Shown here: positions 56,143 through 64,000 of the stretch, piece after piece
Layout: each line of letters begins with the position of its first letter
Position numbering within the stretch: position 1 is the stretch's first letter
NCBI GenBank assembly: GCA_963662795.1
Contig: OY759746.1
Location: 3,200,001 to 3,264,000, forward strand
DNA from: Spirochaetia bacterium
GTDB taxonomy: Bacteria; Spirochaetota; Spirochaetia; CADAEX01
Direction of reading: 5' to 3'
Length of the DNA: 64,000 bases
Notes under the pieces: generated by a model
Seen by the model: the letters and a program-made list of their open reading frames with translations, nothing else
Database searches by the model: none
What the model was told of the DNA's origin: nothing
Made by a program: the position numbers and the translations under genes

Positions 56143-57973
56143 AATAACTGCTTTAGCAATACTGCTTTATTTTACTTCTTTCAGTTATCTGTTTTCCGAT
56201 GTAAATAATGATATCGCGCGGCTGTATGTTTCTGCAGCAGACAGTTTTTATAAAGAAAATAAAATAGAAGACGCTGAGGTATTTCTGGACAAATCCCTGC
56301 TTTATGATGACAGACTGTCTGATTCCTGGTATATCAAGGCTCTGATTAATACAGATACCAGAACAGATGTTCTTGCTTCCATAAACCTTTTAAAAAGGGC
56401 GATAACCTACAGAAACTGGTCTATTTACAGGGAGAATAACGCTTTTTATGAGCTTGGAACACTTTACTGCAGAATCAAGGATTACGAGAGGGCTATCTCT
56501 TCCCTTTATGTCGTCAAGGATGAACTTATTGATAATGCGGCTTATCTTGATTCCTATACTCTTTCACTGATCAATCGCGGTTTTTTTAATGAGGCTGAAG
56601 ATTTACTTGAATACGCTATTGAAAAACATCCTGACAATAACCTGTTTATTAAAAGGCTTGCCGGGATTGATAAAAATTTCAGAGAGAAGATTTTATTAAG
56701 AATACTTGAGCTTAATAATCTGTACAAATATGATCCTGATGTAATCCTGGAAATTACAAGGTTAACGGATGATAAAGGAATAAAGAAAGAACTCATAGAA
56801 AAGCTTACCGACCTGCAGGATGAGAGTCCTGAACTGCTTATTGAAAAACTTTCGCTGGCCGGAGAAGTTACCCTCACTGATATTGAAGCTTTTAATGATT
56901 TAAATGGTTTTTCAAATTACAGAAATATTAAAAATATTGATTTATTAATAAAGGATGATAAAATTCGCGAATCGCTGCTGGAAAAAATGTCTCAATATAC
57001 AGGAAGTATTGTTGATGATGCCAATCTTGACGGCATCAACGAAAAAATAATGTATTATAATAACGGTTTATCCCAATGGTACAGCGAAGATAATAATCAG
57101 GACAATATAAACGATATATTCGCGGGATTTGAAAACAGGAAACCCAAATTCATTAATATTCAGGACCGGATGCTTGTCTCTTATTATGATTATCCTCTTG
57201 TGAAAACAGTAATTATTTTTGGAAGTGATAATAATGAAATATTTACTTTCAATCAGAGAAAAGCTTCTCTTGATATACTGTCTTTCAGCAATCCGCTTTT
57301 ACCTCCTGTTCTAAAAGCTGATCCCGGGGAAGAGTTCAATAAAATTAAAAACAGGGCGGAAAACTACAGGAAAAGCAGCAACAGCGGTAATCTGCAGGTC
57401 CTGACTGAATATTTTAAAACAGAAAGGATTACCAATTTTGAGACTTATGATGATGCAACTGCAGTTATAAGCCGCGGGACAATAAAAGATGGCAACAGGG
57501 TGTTTAAAATATCAGATATAGACCAGGATAACCGCTTTGAGACAAAAGAATTCTACAGGGACGGAGTTCTTGAGAGCATAAATTATGACGGCAACAGTAA
57601 CGGTATTTATGAATTTAAAATAGAAAAAGATATAAAATACTGGGATATGAACGAAGACGGTATTTATGATTTCAGGGAATGGACAGATAAAGAAAGCAGC
57701 CTGCAGTATTCTGAATTTTCGACAAAGCTTGACGGAAATTTTAATTTTACTGCCAGATACTCCGGCGGTAAGCTAACCGATGTAAAAAAAGAGGGAGTCT
57801 GGACAGGAGTATCTTATGACCCTGAAAACAACCTGTTCTGGATCGGCGAAAAATGCACCGGATTGCCTGCAGAAATAAATATAGAAACTGAAGGGACAAT
57901 AAATTGCGGAGACAGAATGGTTTACGTTGTAAAGATTGGTCAGGACTATTTTGCAGAAGTAATTACGAGGTGA
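56105..57973 (+). CDS. Exported TPR-repeat protein with repeated DxDxDG-like motifs
   Basis: Signal peptide, N-terminal TPR-like helices, and C-terminal motifs DANLDG, DNNQDN, DIDQDN, DGNSNG, DMNEDG. Start set at ATG 56105. Confidence 0.7.
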   Translation: MKTLNPKVTKRSRITALAILLYFTSFSYLFSDVNNDIARLYVSAADSFYKENKIEDAEVFLDKSLLYDDRLSDSWYIKALINTDTRTDVLASINLLKRAITYRNWSIYRENNAFYELGTLYCRIKDYERAISSLYVVKDELIDNAAYLDSYTLSLINRGFFNEAEDLLEYAIEKHPDNNLFIKRLAGIDKNFREKILLRILELNNLYKYDPDVILEITRLTDDKGIKKELIEKLTDLQDESPELLIEKLSLAGEVTLTDIEAFNDLNGFSNYRNIKNIDLLIKDDKIRESLLEKMSQYTGSIVDDANLDGINEKIMYYNNGLSQWYSEDNNQDNINDIFAGFENRKPKFINIQDRMLVSYYDYPLVKTVIIFGSDNNEIFTFNQRKASLDILSFSNPLLPPVLKADPGEEFNKIKNRAENYRKSSNSGNLQVLTEYFKTERITNFETYDDATAVISRGTIKDGNRVFKISDIDQDNRFETKEFYRDGVLESINYDGNSNGIYEFKIEKDIKYWDMNEDGIYDFREWTDKESSLQYSEFSTKLDGNFNFTARYSGGKLTDVKKEGVWTGVSYDPENNLFWIGEKCTGLPAEINIETEGTINCGDRMVYVVKIGQDYFAEVITR

Positions 57974-57974
57974 T

Positions 57975-59774
57975 TTGTTGAATAAAAATAATTTTTACAT
58001 AATTTTGAGTCTTCTGATACTGATGACAGGACTTGCTGCATGCAAGTCATCTCCTAAGAAACGCAGTGAATTTCCGGAATATGCCGGGAGGCTTAATGCA
58101 AACCGCATAGATAAATATCTTGAGGACAAAAGACCGTTTGCCGCATATCAAATGCTTCTTAATGAGGAAAAAACAAACCCTGCAGATCTGGAATATAATC
58201 CTGCTGATGAAAAAAATAAAATATTTGATTACATAAAAAAACAATACCGGAAGGCAGAAGCTGACCGTGATTATTATGTCTCTTCATCAATAATAACATC
58301 TCTTGAAAAACTTGGAAAATCAGAAATACTTGATGGAAAAAATTCAGATGATCTGCTTCTTGATTTTATTGAAAACGAATATGAGAAAAAGAATTATTTT
58401 ACATCTTTAAAATATTTTACTTCCTATATCCGGAATAACAAGGCAGATGATAAATTACTTGTAAAATATGCGGACCTTGCCGTTGCAGCCAACAATAATT
58501 ATTATCTGAAAATAATTCTAAATGAATTCCAGAACAGAAAGATAAAAATTGAGCAGAAATATATAGATGCAGTCCAGAAAAGCGACCCTCCCTCCGAAAT
58601 GATCAAGGGGACTGTCACAATATGGGTAAACAAGGGAATAAAAGTTGAATCAGGTGTTGGACGACCAGACAGGGTTATAGGAAGCGGCTTTTTTATCGAT
58701 CCGAGAGGATATTTAATAACAAATTATCACGTTATTGAGAGCGAAGTAAATCCTGAATATGAGGGATACTCAAGGCTTTATATAAGGCTTTCCGATTCTG
58801 TCGGTACCAGAGTACCGGCTAAAGTTATTGGCTGGGATCCTATATTCGATATTGCACTTCTTAAAACAGAAATAGACCCGGAATATATTTACAGTTTCAG
58901 CGAAAGTATGAATTTCCAGATAGGTGATAAAATATTTGCCATCGGTTCGCCGGGTGGTCTTGAAAATACATTGACATCAGGGATTATTTCTTCAAGAAGC
59001 AGGAAATTTATACAGATTGGAGATGCCATCCAGGTTGATGTTCCCATAAATCCAGGCAACAGCGGCGGTCCGCTTCTTAATGAAAACGGTGAGCTTATCG
59101 GCGTCGTATTTGCCGGAATAGAACAGTTCGAGGGGATCAATTTTGCTATACCGGCTCACTGGATTGCAGATATTGTACCTGAGCTATACAGGGGTGGTGA
59201 AATATCCCATTCCTGGATAGGGTCAGTTATACATGAGAAAAACGGAATACTTGAGAATATATACAGTGTGCCTGGAGAACCTGCGGATGTTGCAGGAATC
59301 AAAAAAGGCGATATTATAAAATCCATAAATGGTTATAATGTTGCAAGCATACTTGAAGCCCAGAAAATTTTCATGTCTATCAGAAAAGATACAGTTGTTG
59401 AAATCGGATATGTCAGGGAAGGCAATAATTTAAAGGTTTTACTGCCCCTGGGAGGCAGAACAGACAAATCGTTTGACAGCGCAATAAAACGGGATTCGAT
59501 GAAAAACCTCATACTGCCGCTTTACGGCATGGAGGTGGAACTGACAGGAAGTTATCTTTTTAAGGAAAGTTATAATATTAAAAAGATATATGAAGGTTCA
59601 ATAGCAGATGAAACAGGTCTGTCTGTAAACGACCCTCTTGTTATCAAAGGGTGGAAGTATGATCTTAAAAAAAGATATGCCATGCTCAGAATAGAAGTGA
59701 AAAAACGAAAAGCAGGATTTATGGAAAGCAATATCCAGCTGATTACTTCAATCGATTCAAACAATCTGCTATAA
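57975..59774 (+). CDS. Trypsin-like serine protease with PDZ domain (HtrA/DegP-like lipoprotein)
   Basis: Lipobox LAAC; GSGFFI, TNYHVI, DIALLK, GNSGGPL catalytic triad; PDZ segment PADVAGIKKGDII. Confidence 0.9.
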   Translation: MLNKNNFYIILSLLILMTGLAACKSSPKKRSEFPEYAGRLNANRIDKYLEDKRPFAAYQMLLNEEKTNPADLEYNPADEKNKIFDYIKKQYRKAEADRDYYVSSSIITSLEKLGKSEILDGKNSDDLLLDFIENEYEKKNYFTSLKYFTSYIRNNKADDKLLVKYADLAVAANNNYYLKIILNEFQNRKIKIEQKYIDAVQKSDPPSEMIKGTVTIWVNKGIKVESGVGRPDRVIGSGFFIDPRGYLITNYHVIESEVNPEYEGYSRLYIRLSDSVGTRVPAKVIGWDPIFDIALLKTEIDPEYIYSFSESMNFQIGDKIFAIGSPGGLENTLTSGIISSRSRKFIQIGDAIQVDVPINPGNSGGPLLNENGELIGVVFAGIEQFEGINFAIPAHWIADIVPELYRGGEISHSWIGSVIHEKNGILENIYSVPGEPADVAGIKKGDIIKSINGYNVASILEAQKIFMSIRKDTVVEIGYVREGNNLKVLLPLGGRTDKSFDSAIKRDSMKNLILPLYGMEVELTGSYLFKESYNIKKIYEGSIADETGLSVNDPLVIKGWKYDLKKRYAMLRIEVKKRKAGFMESNIQLITSIDSNNLL

Positions 59775-59827
59775 TAAGAAAATAAGTTACAGAATTAAGC
59801 CCTCAAATGGAGAACACCTTTTAAAAA

Positions 59828-61624
59828 ATGGAAAATATCAGAAATTTTTGCATAATAGCGCATATTGATCATGGCAAGTCAACGCTGGCTGACAGATTTA
59901 TTGAAAAAGCTGCGATTATTGAATCACGTAATTTCAAGAATCAGATACTTGATTCAATGGATATCGAAAGGGAGCGCGGAATTACAATTAAATCACAGGC
60001 AGTAACCATGCCGTACAAAGGCAAAGATAATGCCGATTATGTACTCAACCTTGTCGACACTCCCGGGCATGTGGATTTTACCTATGAAGTCTCAAGAGCA
60101 ATATCCTCCTGCGAAGGGGCTCTCCTTCTGATTGATGCCTCACAGGGTGTTGAAGCGCAGACCCTTGCCAACCTTTACATGGCCATGGAGCACAATCTGG
60201 AAGTAATTCCTGTTATCAACAAGATCGATCTTCCAAGCGCGGATATTGACGCTGTAAAGCACCAGATCAATCACGATCTGGGTCTTGATCCAGACCTTGC
60301 TGTTCTTGTTTCAGGCAAAACAGGATTCGGCCTTGATGATCTTCTTGAGGCAATAATTCATCTTATACCAGCGCCGTCCGGAAAAAATGAGGAACCTTTA
60401 AAAGCCCTGATTTTTGATTCGCATTACGATCCATACAGGGGAGTTGTTGTTCATATAAGGGTTTTTAACGGTATTTTAAATGAAGGGTGCTCTGTCAGAT
60501 TTATGAACGCCGGTGCTGTCTACAAGGTAGAAGAGGTTGGAAAATTCAGGATTAAGCTTGAAAGGTCGGCAGTGCTTGAAGCAGGTGAAGTCGGCTATAT
60601 AATTGCGGGAATAAAAAATATTTCCGATATAAGGGTAGGGGATACGGTAACAGACAATGCCCGTCCTGCGGAAAAGCCCCTTCCCGGTTTCAAGGAAGTA
60701 AAGCCGGTTGTTTTTTCATCAATTTATCCGGTTGATGCCAACGATTATAATGAACTTGCATCAGCAATGGAAAAACTTAAGCTTAATGACGCGTCACTCA
60801 TTTATGAAAAAGACTCATCTGCCGCCCTTGGTTTCGGGTTCAGATGCGGTTTCCTGGGGCTCTTGCACCTTGAGGTAGTCCAGGAAAGGATTGAAAGGGA
60901 GTTTGGACTTTCAATAGTTCTCACCTCCCCTTCTGTGCGGTACAAAATCGGCCTTAAGGACGGGAAAGAAATATCTATTGATAACCCGCTTGAATTCCCC
61001 GATCCGATGAAAATTGAATACGCGGAAGAGCCCTACATTAATGCAGCAATTATAACCCCATCCGAATACCTCGGCTCAATAATGACTCTATGCATGAGCA
61101 AGAGAGGGGTACAGGAATCAATGAATTATCTTGACCAGAAGAGAATAGAGGTTGTCTATGATATGCCTCTCGCCGAGGTCCTTTTTGATTTCTATGACAA
61201 ACTTAAATCAGTAAGCCGCGGTTATGCTTCCTTTGACTATTCTGTAAAAGGTTATAAAAAGACCGATCTTGTAAAGCTTGATATCCTTGTAAACGGGGTA
61301 TCTGTTGATGCTTTATCCATGCTTGTTTTCAAGGAATCAGCCCGTGCCAAGGCGAATAACGTCTGCAGAAGACTCCGGGAGGAGATACCGAAACATCAGT
61401 TTAAAATACCTATCCAGGGAGCTGTCGGCAACCAGATAATTGCAAGGGAGACAATTACTGCCTTAAGGAAAGATGTAACAGCCAAATGCTATGGCGGAGA
61501 TATTTCGAGAAAGCGCAAGCTGCTTGAAAAACAGAAAGAAGGCAAGAAGCGGATGAAGATGGTGGGAAATGTTGAATTGCCGCAGAGCGCTTTTCTCTCT
61601 GTTCTCAGGACTGATGATGAATAA
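59828..61624 (+). CDS. lepA: Elongation factor 4
   Basis: IAHIDHGKSTLADR, ERGITIK, DTPGHVDF, GFRCGFLGLLH, KCYGGDISRKRKLLEKQK. Confidence 0.98.
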   Translation: MENIRNFCIIAHIDHGKSTLADRFIEKAAIIESRNFKNQILDSMDIERERGITIKSQAVTMPYKGKDNADYVLNLVDTPGHVDFTYEVSRAISSCEGALLLIDASQGVEAQTLANLYMAMEHNLEVIPVINKIDLPSADIDAVKHQINHDLGLDPDLAVLVSGKTGFGLDDLLEAIIHLIPAPSGKNEEPLKALIFDSHYDPYRGVVVHIRVFNGILNEGCSVRFMNAGAVYKVEEVGKFRIKLERSAVLEAGEVGYIIAGIKNISDIRVGDTVTDNARPAEKPLPGFKEVKPVVFSSIYPVDANDYNELASAMEKLKLNDASLIYEKDSSAALGFGFRCGFLGLLHLEVVQERIEREFGLSIVLTSPSVRYKIGLKDGKEISIDNPLEFPDPMKIEYAEEPYINAAIITPSEYLGSIMTLCMSKRGVQESMNYLDQKRIEVVYDMPLAEVLFDFYDKLKSVSRGYASFDYSVKGYKKTDLVKLDILVNGVSVDALSMLVFKESARAKANNVCRRLREEIPKHQFKIPIQGAVGNQIIARETITALRKDVTAKCYGGDISRKRKLLEKQKEGKKRMKMVGNVELPQSAFLSVLRTDDE

Positions 61625-63260
61625 CTTCAAGTGAATTGCTGATTATCTTCCTGAATCTGTAGCAGGAGAGCAGAATATACTTGACAGTAACATCGGAATA
61701 ATCTTTTGAATAATTTATACCCGGGTATTTGGGCAGGAGATAATCGGAATCCTGAGTCAGCTTTTTTATAAGATATAGATTGTCATTTTTAATGTGCCCG
61801 TTGAGCGCATCAACGCCGGCTTTGATTATTGTATCTGTCTTTTCAAGTTCAGACTCGAGCAGAGATTTTATTTCTTCCCGTTTTACCGGCATAAGCTCTT
61901 CTCTGCCTATGGTTTTTTCCGGTTTTTCCGGATTCTCCGAATTTGAGAGAATCAGTTTTTTGAATTCGTCTTCATCAGCAATATTGTTTGCATTTCCTGC
62001 AATTCCGCACGAGAATAGGGAATAAACTGATTTTCCCCCTGCAATTAAATCCGACATAGTCTCTGAATAAGATTTCAAAACTGATGTAGTGTAGACATCC
62101 TGTCCCTTTATATTTTTAACAGGAATCAGATCACGCGAAAATGAAAGAGCATAATTTTTATCACCTGATAATCTGCCCATATTTATAAGACAGTCAATCA
62201 TTGAGGGGGAATCCTTTGAATGAGTTTTTCCGGGTGTAAAGCTGAAATCAAGACCGCTGTAGAAAACAGGTTTGTCAGTAATCTGCAGCGCAATATAAAG
62301 CGCTGTTATCCCTACTGAACCAAGAGGGGGAATAAAAGAGGGTATAAGATTTAAGTTTCTGCATTTTTCAAGAAATTCAGAATTTGTGAAATGAGATGTA
62401 AAATAATACTTTTTACCCTGAAATATACGGGAAGTAAGCGGATAAGATGTAATATCCGCAATAAGGGGTATTCTGCTGTTTCTGAAACCTACAAAATCAA
62501 AAATGTTATACAGCTGGGATTCAACTGCAACAATATAGTCCGGCGTTATTCCGTACCCGGTTAGTGTTTTTATTGCAGTATCAAGTGCGAGTATTTTAAA
62601 AAATCTGCGGTGTTTTTTTATCACAGGAAGTGATGATTCAAGAGATTCACCTGCGCCAGCAATAAAAACGGGAGAATCAACAACCAGATTTCTGATATCA
62701 TTTTTTTCACAGAATTCAGGCATATTAAGGAAAATATTCGCAAAATACCTGTGTCCCAGGGAATAAAGGGTAAGTGAGTTTTTTAAAAAATTCTTGAGGC
62801 TTTTTTTGATATTTTCATTGCATTTCTGATAAAAACCCCTGTTAAGATAATATCCCCTGTTTAAAGGGATGAAAAGAACGTGTTTAATCATACCGTGCTT
62901 CATGTTATCGAGGTAATTCAGAAAAATATCAGGATCTTCAATTTTGAGATATTCAAACTTGCCGGAATAACGGGATTCAGGATTATCTTTAAGATTATAC
63001 AGGTTTATATCAAATTCGATGCACAGAATCTTGCAGCCTGCGGGAAGGCTGCCGTATAATTCTTCAATCCCGTAGAAAAGAAGGGGAGAGGGTATAATTA
63101 TCAGCGTATCAGGCTTGATTTCCTGCTGTCTGATTTTTTGATTTATTTTATCCTGCGGATTTGCTTTATCATATAAAAGTGTGTTGTGGTAGAAAACTGT
63201 ATAACTATCCTCCTTAACTGCTTTTATCAGGTAAGGAGGAAGAGCCATATCATTTTGCAC
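61605..63260 (-). CDS. DUF115 / MptE-like, motility-associated factor (Maf) glycosyltransferase family protein
   Basis: IAGAGESL, LDTA...L...GI.PD, GSV...AL..A, GLDFSF..GKTH. Confidence 0.75.
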   Translation of the reverse strand: MQNDMALPPYLIKAVKEDSYTVFYHNTLLYDKANPQDKINQKIRQQEIKPDTLIIIPSPLLFYGIEELYGSLPAGCKILCIEFDINLYNLKDNPESRYSGKFEYLKIEDPDIFLNYLDNMKHGMIKHVLFIPLNRGYYLNRGFYQKCNENIKKSLKNFLKNSLTLYSLGHRYFANIFLNMPEFCEKNDIRNLVVDSPVFIAGAGESLESSLPVIKKHRRFFKILALDTAIKTLTGYGITPDYIVAVESQLYNIFDFVGFRNSRIPLIADITSYPLTSRIFQGKKYYFTSHFTNSEFLEKCRNLNLIPSFIPPLGSVGITALYIALQITDKPVFYSGLDFSFTPGKTHSKDSPSMIDCLINMGRLSGDKNYALSFSRDLIPVKNIKGQDVYTTSVLKSYSETMSDLIAGGKSVYSLFSCGIAGNANNIADEDEFKKLILSNSENPEKPEKTIGREELMPVKREEIKSLLESELEKTDTIIKAGVDALNGHIKNDNLYLIKKLTQDSDYLLPKYPGINYSKDYSDVTVKYILLSCYRFRKIISNSLEVIHHQS

Positions 63261-64000
63261 TAATTAGCCAGAAAATATTTTGAAAATACAGTGCTAAAAT
63301 TATCTGTCAGTTTATCTGATTTAAGAAAATATGATGTCAAAGACTGATCGTTCAGCTGCTGCAGGATGTACGGGTAGTATGCTTCTACAATCTGAGCAAA
63401 CTCCTCATTTACTGAAGTCTTGTTCAATGATAAAAGGACGAGAGAATTTCCAAGAATAACCGGTTCTGAAATATCACCTTCTTTTAGTGAAAACGCTTCT
63501 GTAAGAAAATCTGCATTATAGTTTAATGAATTAAGATCGGCAGGGGCGTTTTCAATTTCAATCTTTTTAAACAGCATTTTATTGCCGTAATTTACAGGAA
63601 AAGATGAAGTTTCGAATATTCTGAAGTTGTTACCGGAAGCTGCCTGCTTAAGATTACCTTCAGTTTTGATTTTATCTGCAATTTTAATAAAATAATCTTC
63701 GATTTTACCTGTTTCATAGTTTTTCATGTAATTCCTGATAGTTGTGACAGATGTGCTGTCATTGAGGTCAAGCATAACAGGCGCTGTATTGCATTTATAA
63801 ATAACCCATCCGGAGATAGTTTCAAGTACCGGTGAAATCTCACCACGGGTCAGGGCAAATACCTTTTCAATGTCTGAGCTGTTCTTCAGCTCCATTTTGA
63901 GGCTGTAATTAAAGGTTTTACCCATATCTCCGCCATTGTCTGCATAACTGTCCTTTGACTGGTTTTTTGCCGTATCGCTGAACGAATCGGGATTTGCTGC
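63260..64000 (-). CDS. SurA/PpiD-like periplasmic chaperone with parvulin PPIase domain; 5' end outside the window
   Basis: Frame open to the window edge: ..PDSFSDTAKNQSKDSYADNGGDMG...VFALTRGEISPV (parvulin pattern), then F..AFSL..G.ISEPV. Confidence 0.75.
   Translation of the reverse strand, partial: AANPDSFSDTAKNQSKDSYADNGGDMGKTFNYSLKMELKNSSDIEKVFALTRGEISPVLETISGWVIYKCNTAPVMLDLNDSTSVTTIRNYMKNYETGKIEDYFIKIADKIKTEGNLKQAASGNNFRIFETSSFPVNYGNKMLFKKIEIENAPADLNSLNYNADFLTEAFSLKEGDISEPVILGNSLVLLSLNKTSVNEEFAQIVEAYYPYILQQLNDQSLTSYFLKSDKLTDNFSTVFSKYFLAN

Noticed and set aside
548-62025. Many 60-170 aa ORFs nested in or antisense to well-supported genes
   Set aside because: No recognisable motifs or independent expression signals noticed; treated as shadow ORFs.

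Overview
This 64-kb window reads as the core chromosome of a spirochaete. The taxon is inferred from gene order (murB/cysS/ECF sigma/anti-sigma near a double-cNMP Crp protein; ispE-spoVG-tRNA-rplY-pth-tilS-ftsH; rplU-prp-rpmA-obg-nadD-yqeK-LCP-rsfS). It holds about 50 protein genes, mostly housekeeping (four aminoacyl-tRNA synthetases, ackA, mgtE, pyrE/pyrF, apt, leuA/cimA, lepA), and three tRNAs. I saw no CRISPR array, rRNA, transposase or integrase. Main points: (1) A ~6-kb integrase-free islet (30969-37067) lies behind tRNA-Gln/tRNA-Glu and is bounded by an exact 38-bp direct repeat, which is the tRNA terminator hairpin rather than the tRNA 3' end. (2) The islet carries a complete sigma54 module: PrpR-like activator, palindromic enhancer, consensus -24/-12 promoter, threonine-aldolase-like enzyme, DAACS symporter and an SSGNH-type dehydratase/racemase. 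It is a candidate beta-hydroxy-amino-acid catabolic pathway. (3) A 31-aa Ile/Leu leader peptide (below the ORF-track cutoff) with terminator/antiterminator precedes leuA-cimA. (4) The prp protease gene has no canonical start codon, is in frame with rplU, and sits next to an L27 that lacks the extension Prp normally cleaves. (5) A transglutaminase-like protein with Cys->Ser lies in a probably leaderless, autoregulated ECF operon. (6) PyrE has two tandem domains, and there is a 110-aa protein that is about half Asp/Glu. All product calls come from recognising motifs by eye; no database searches were run.
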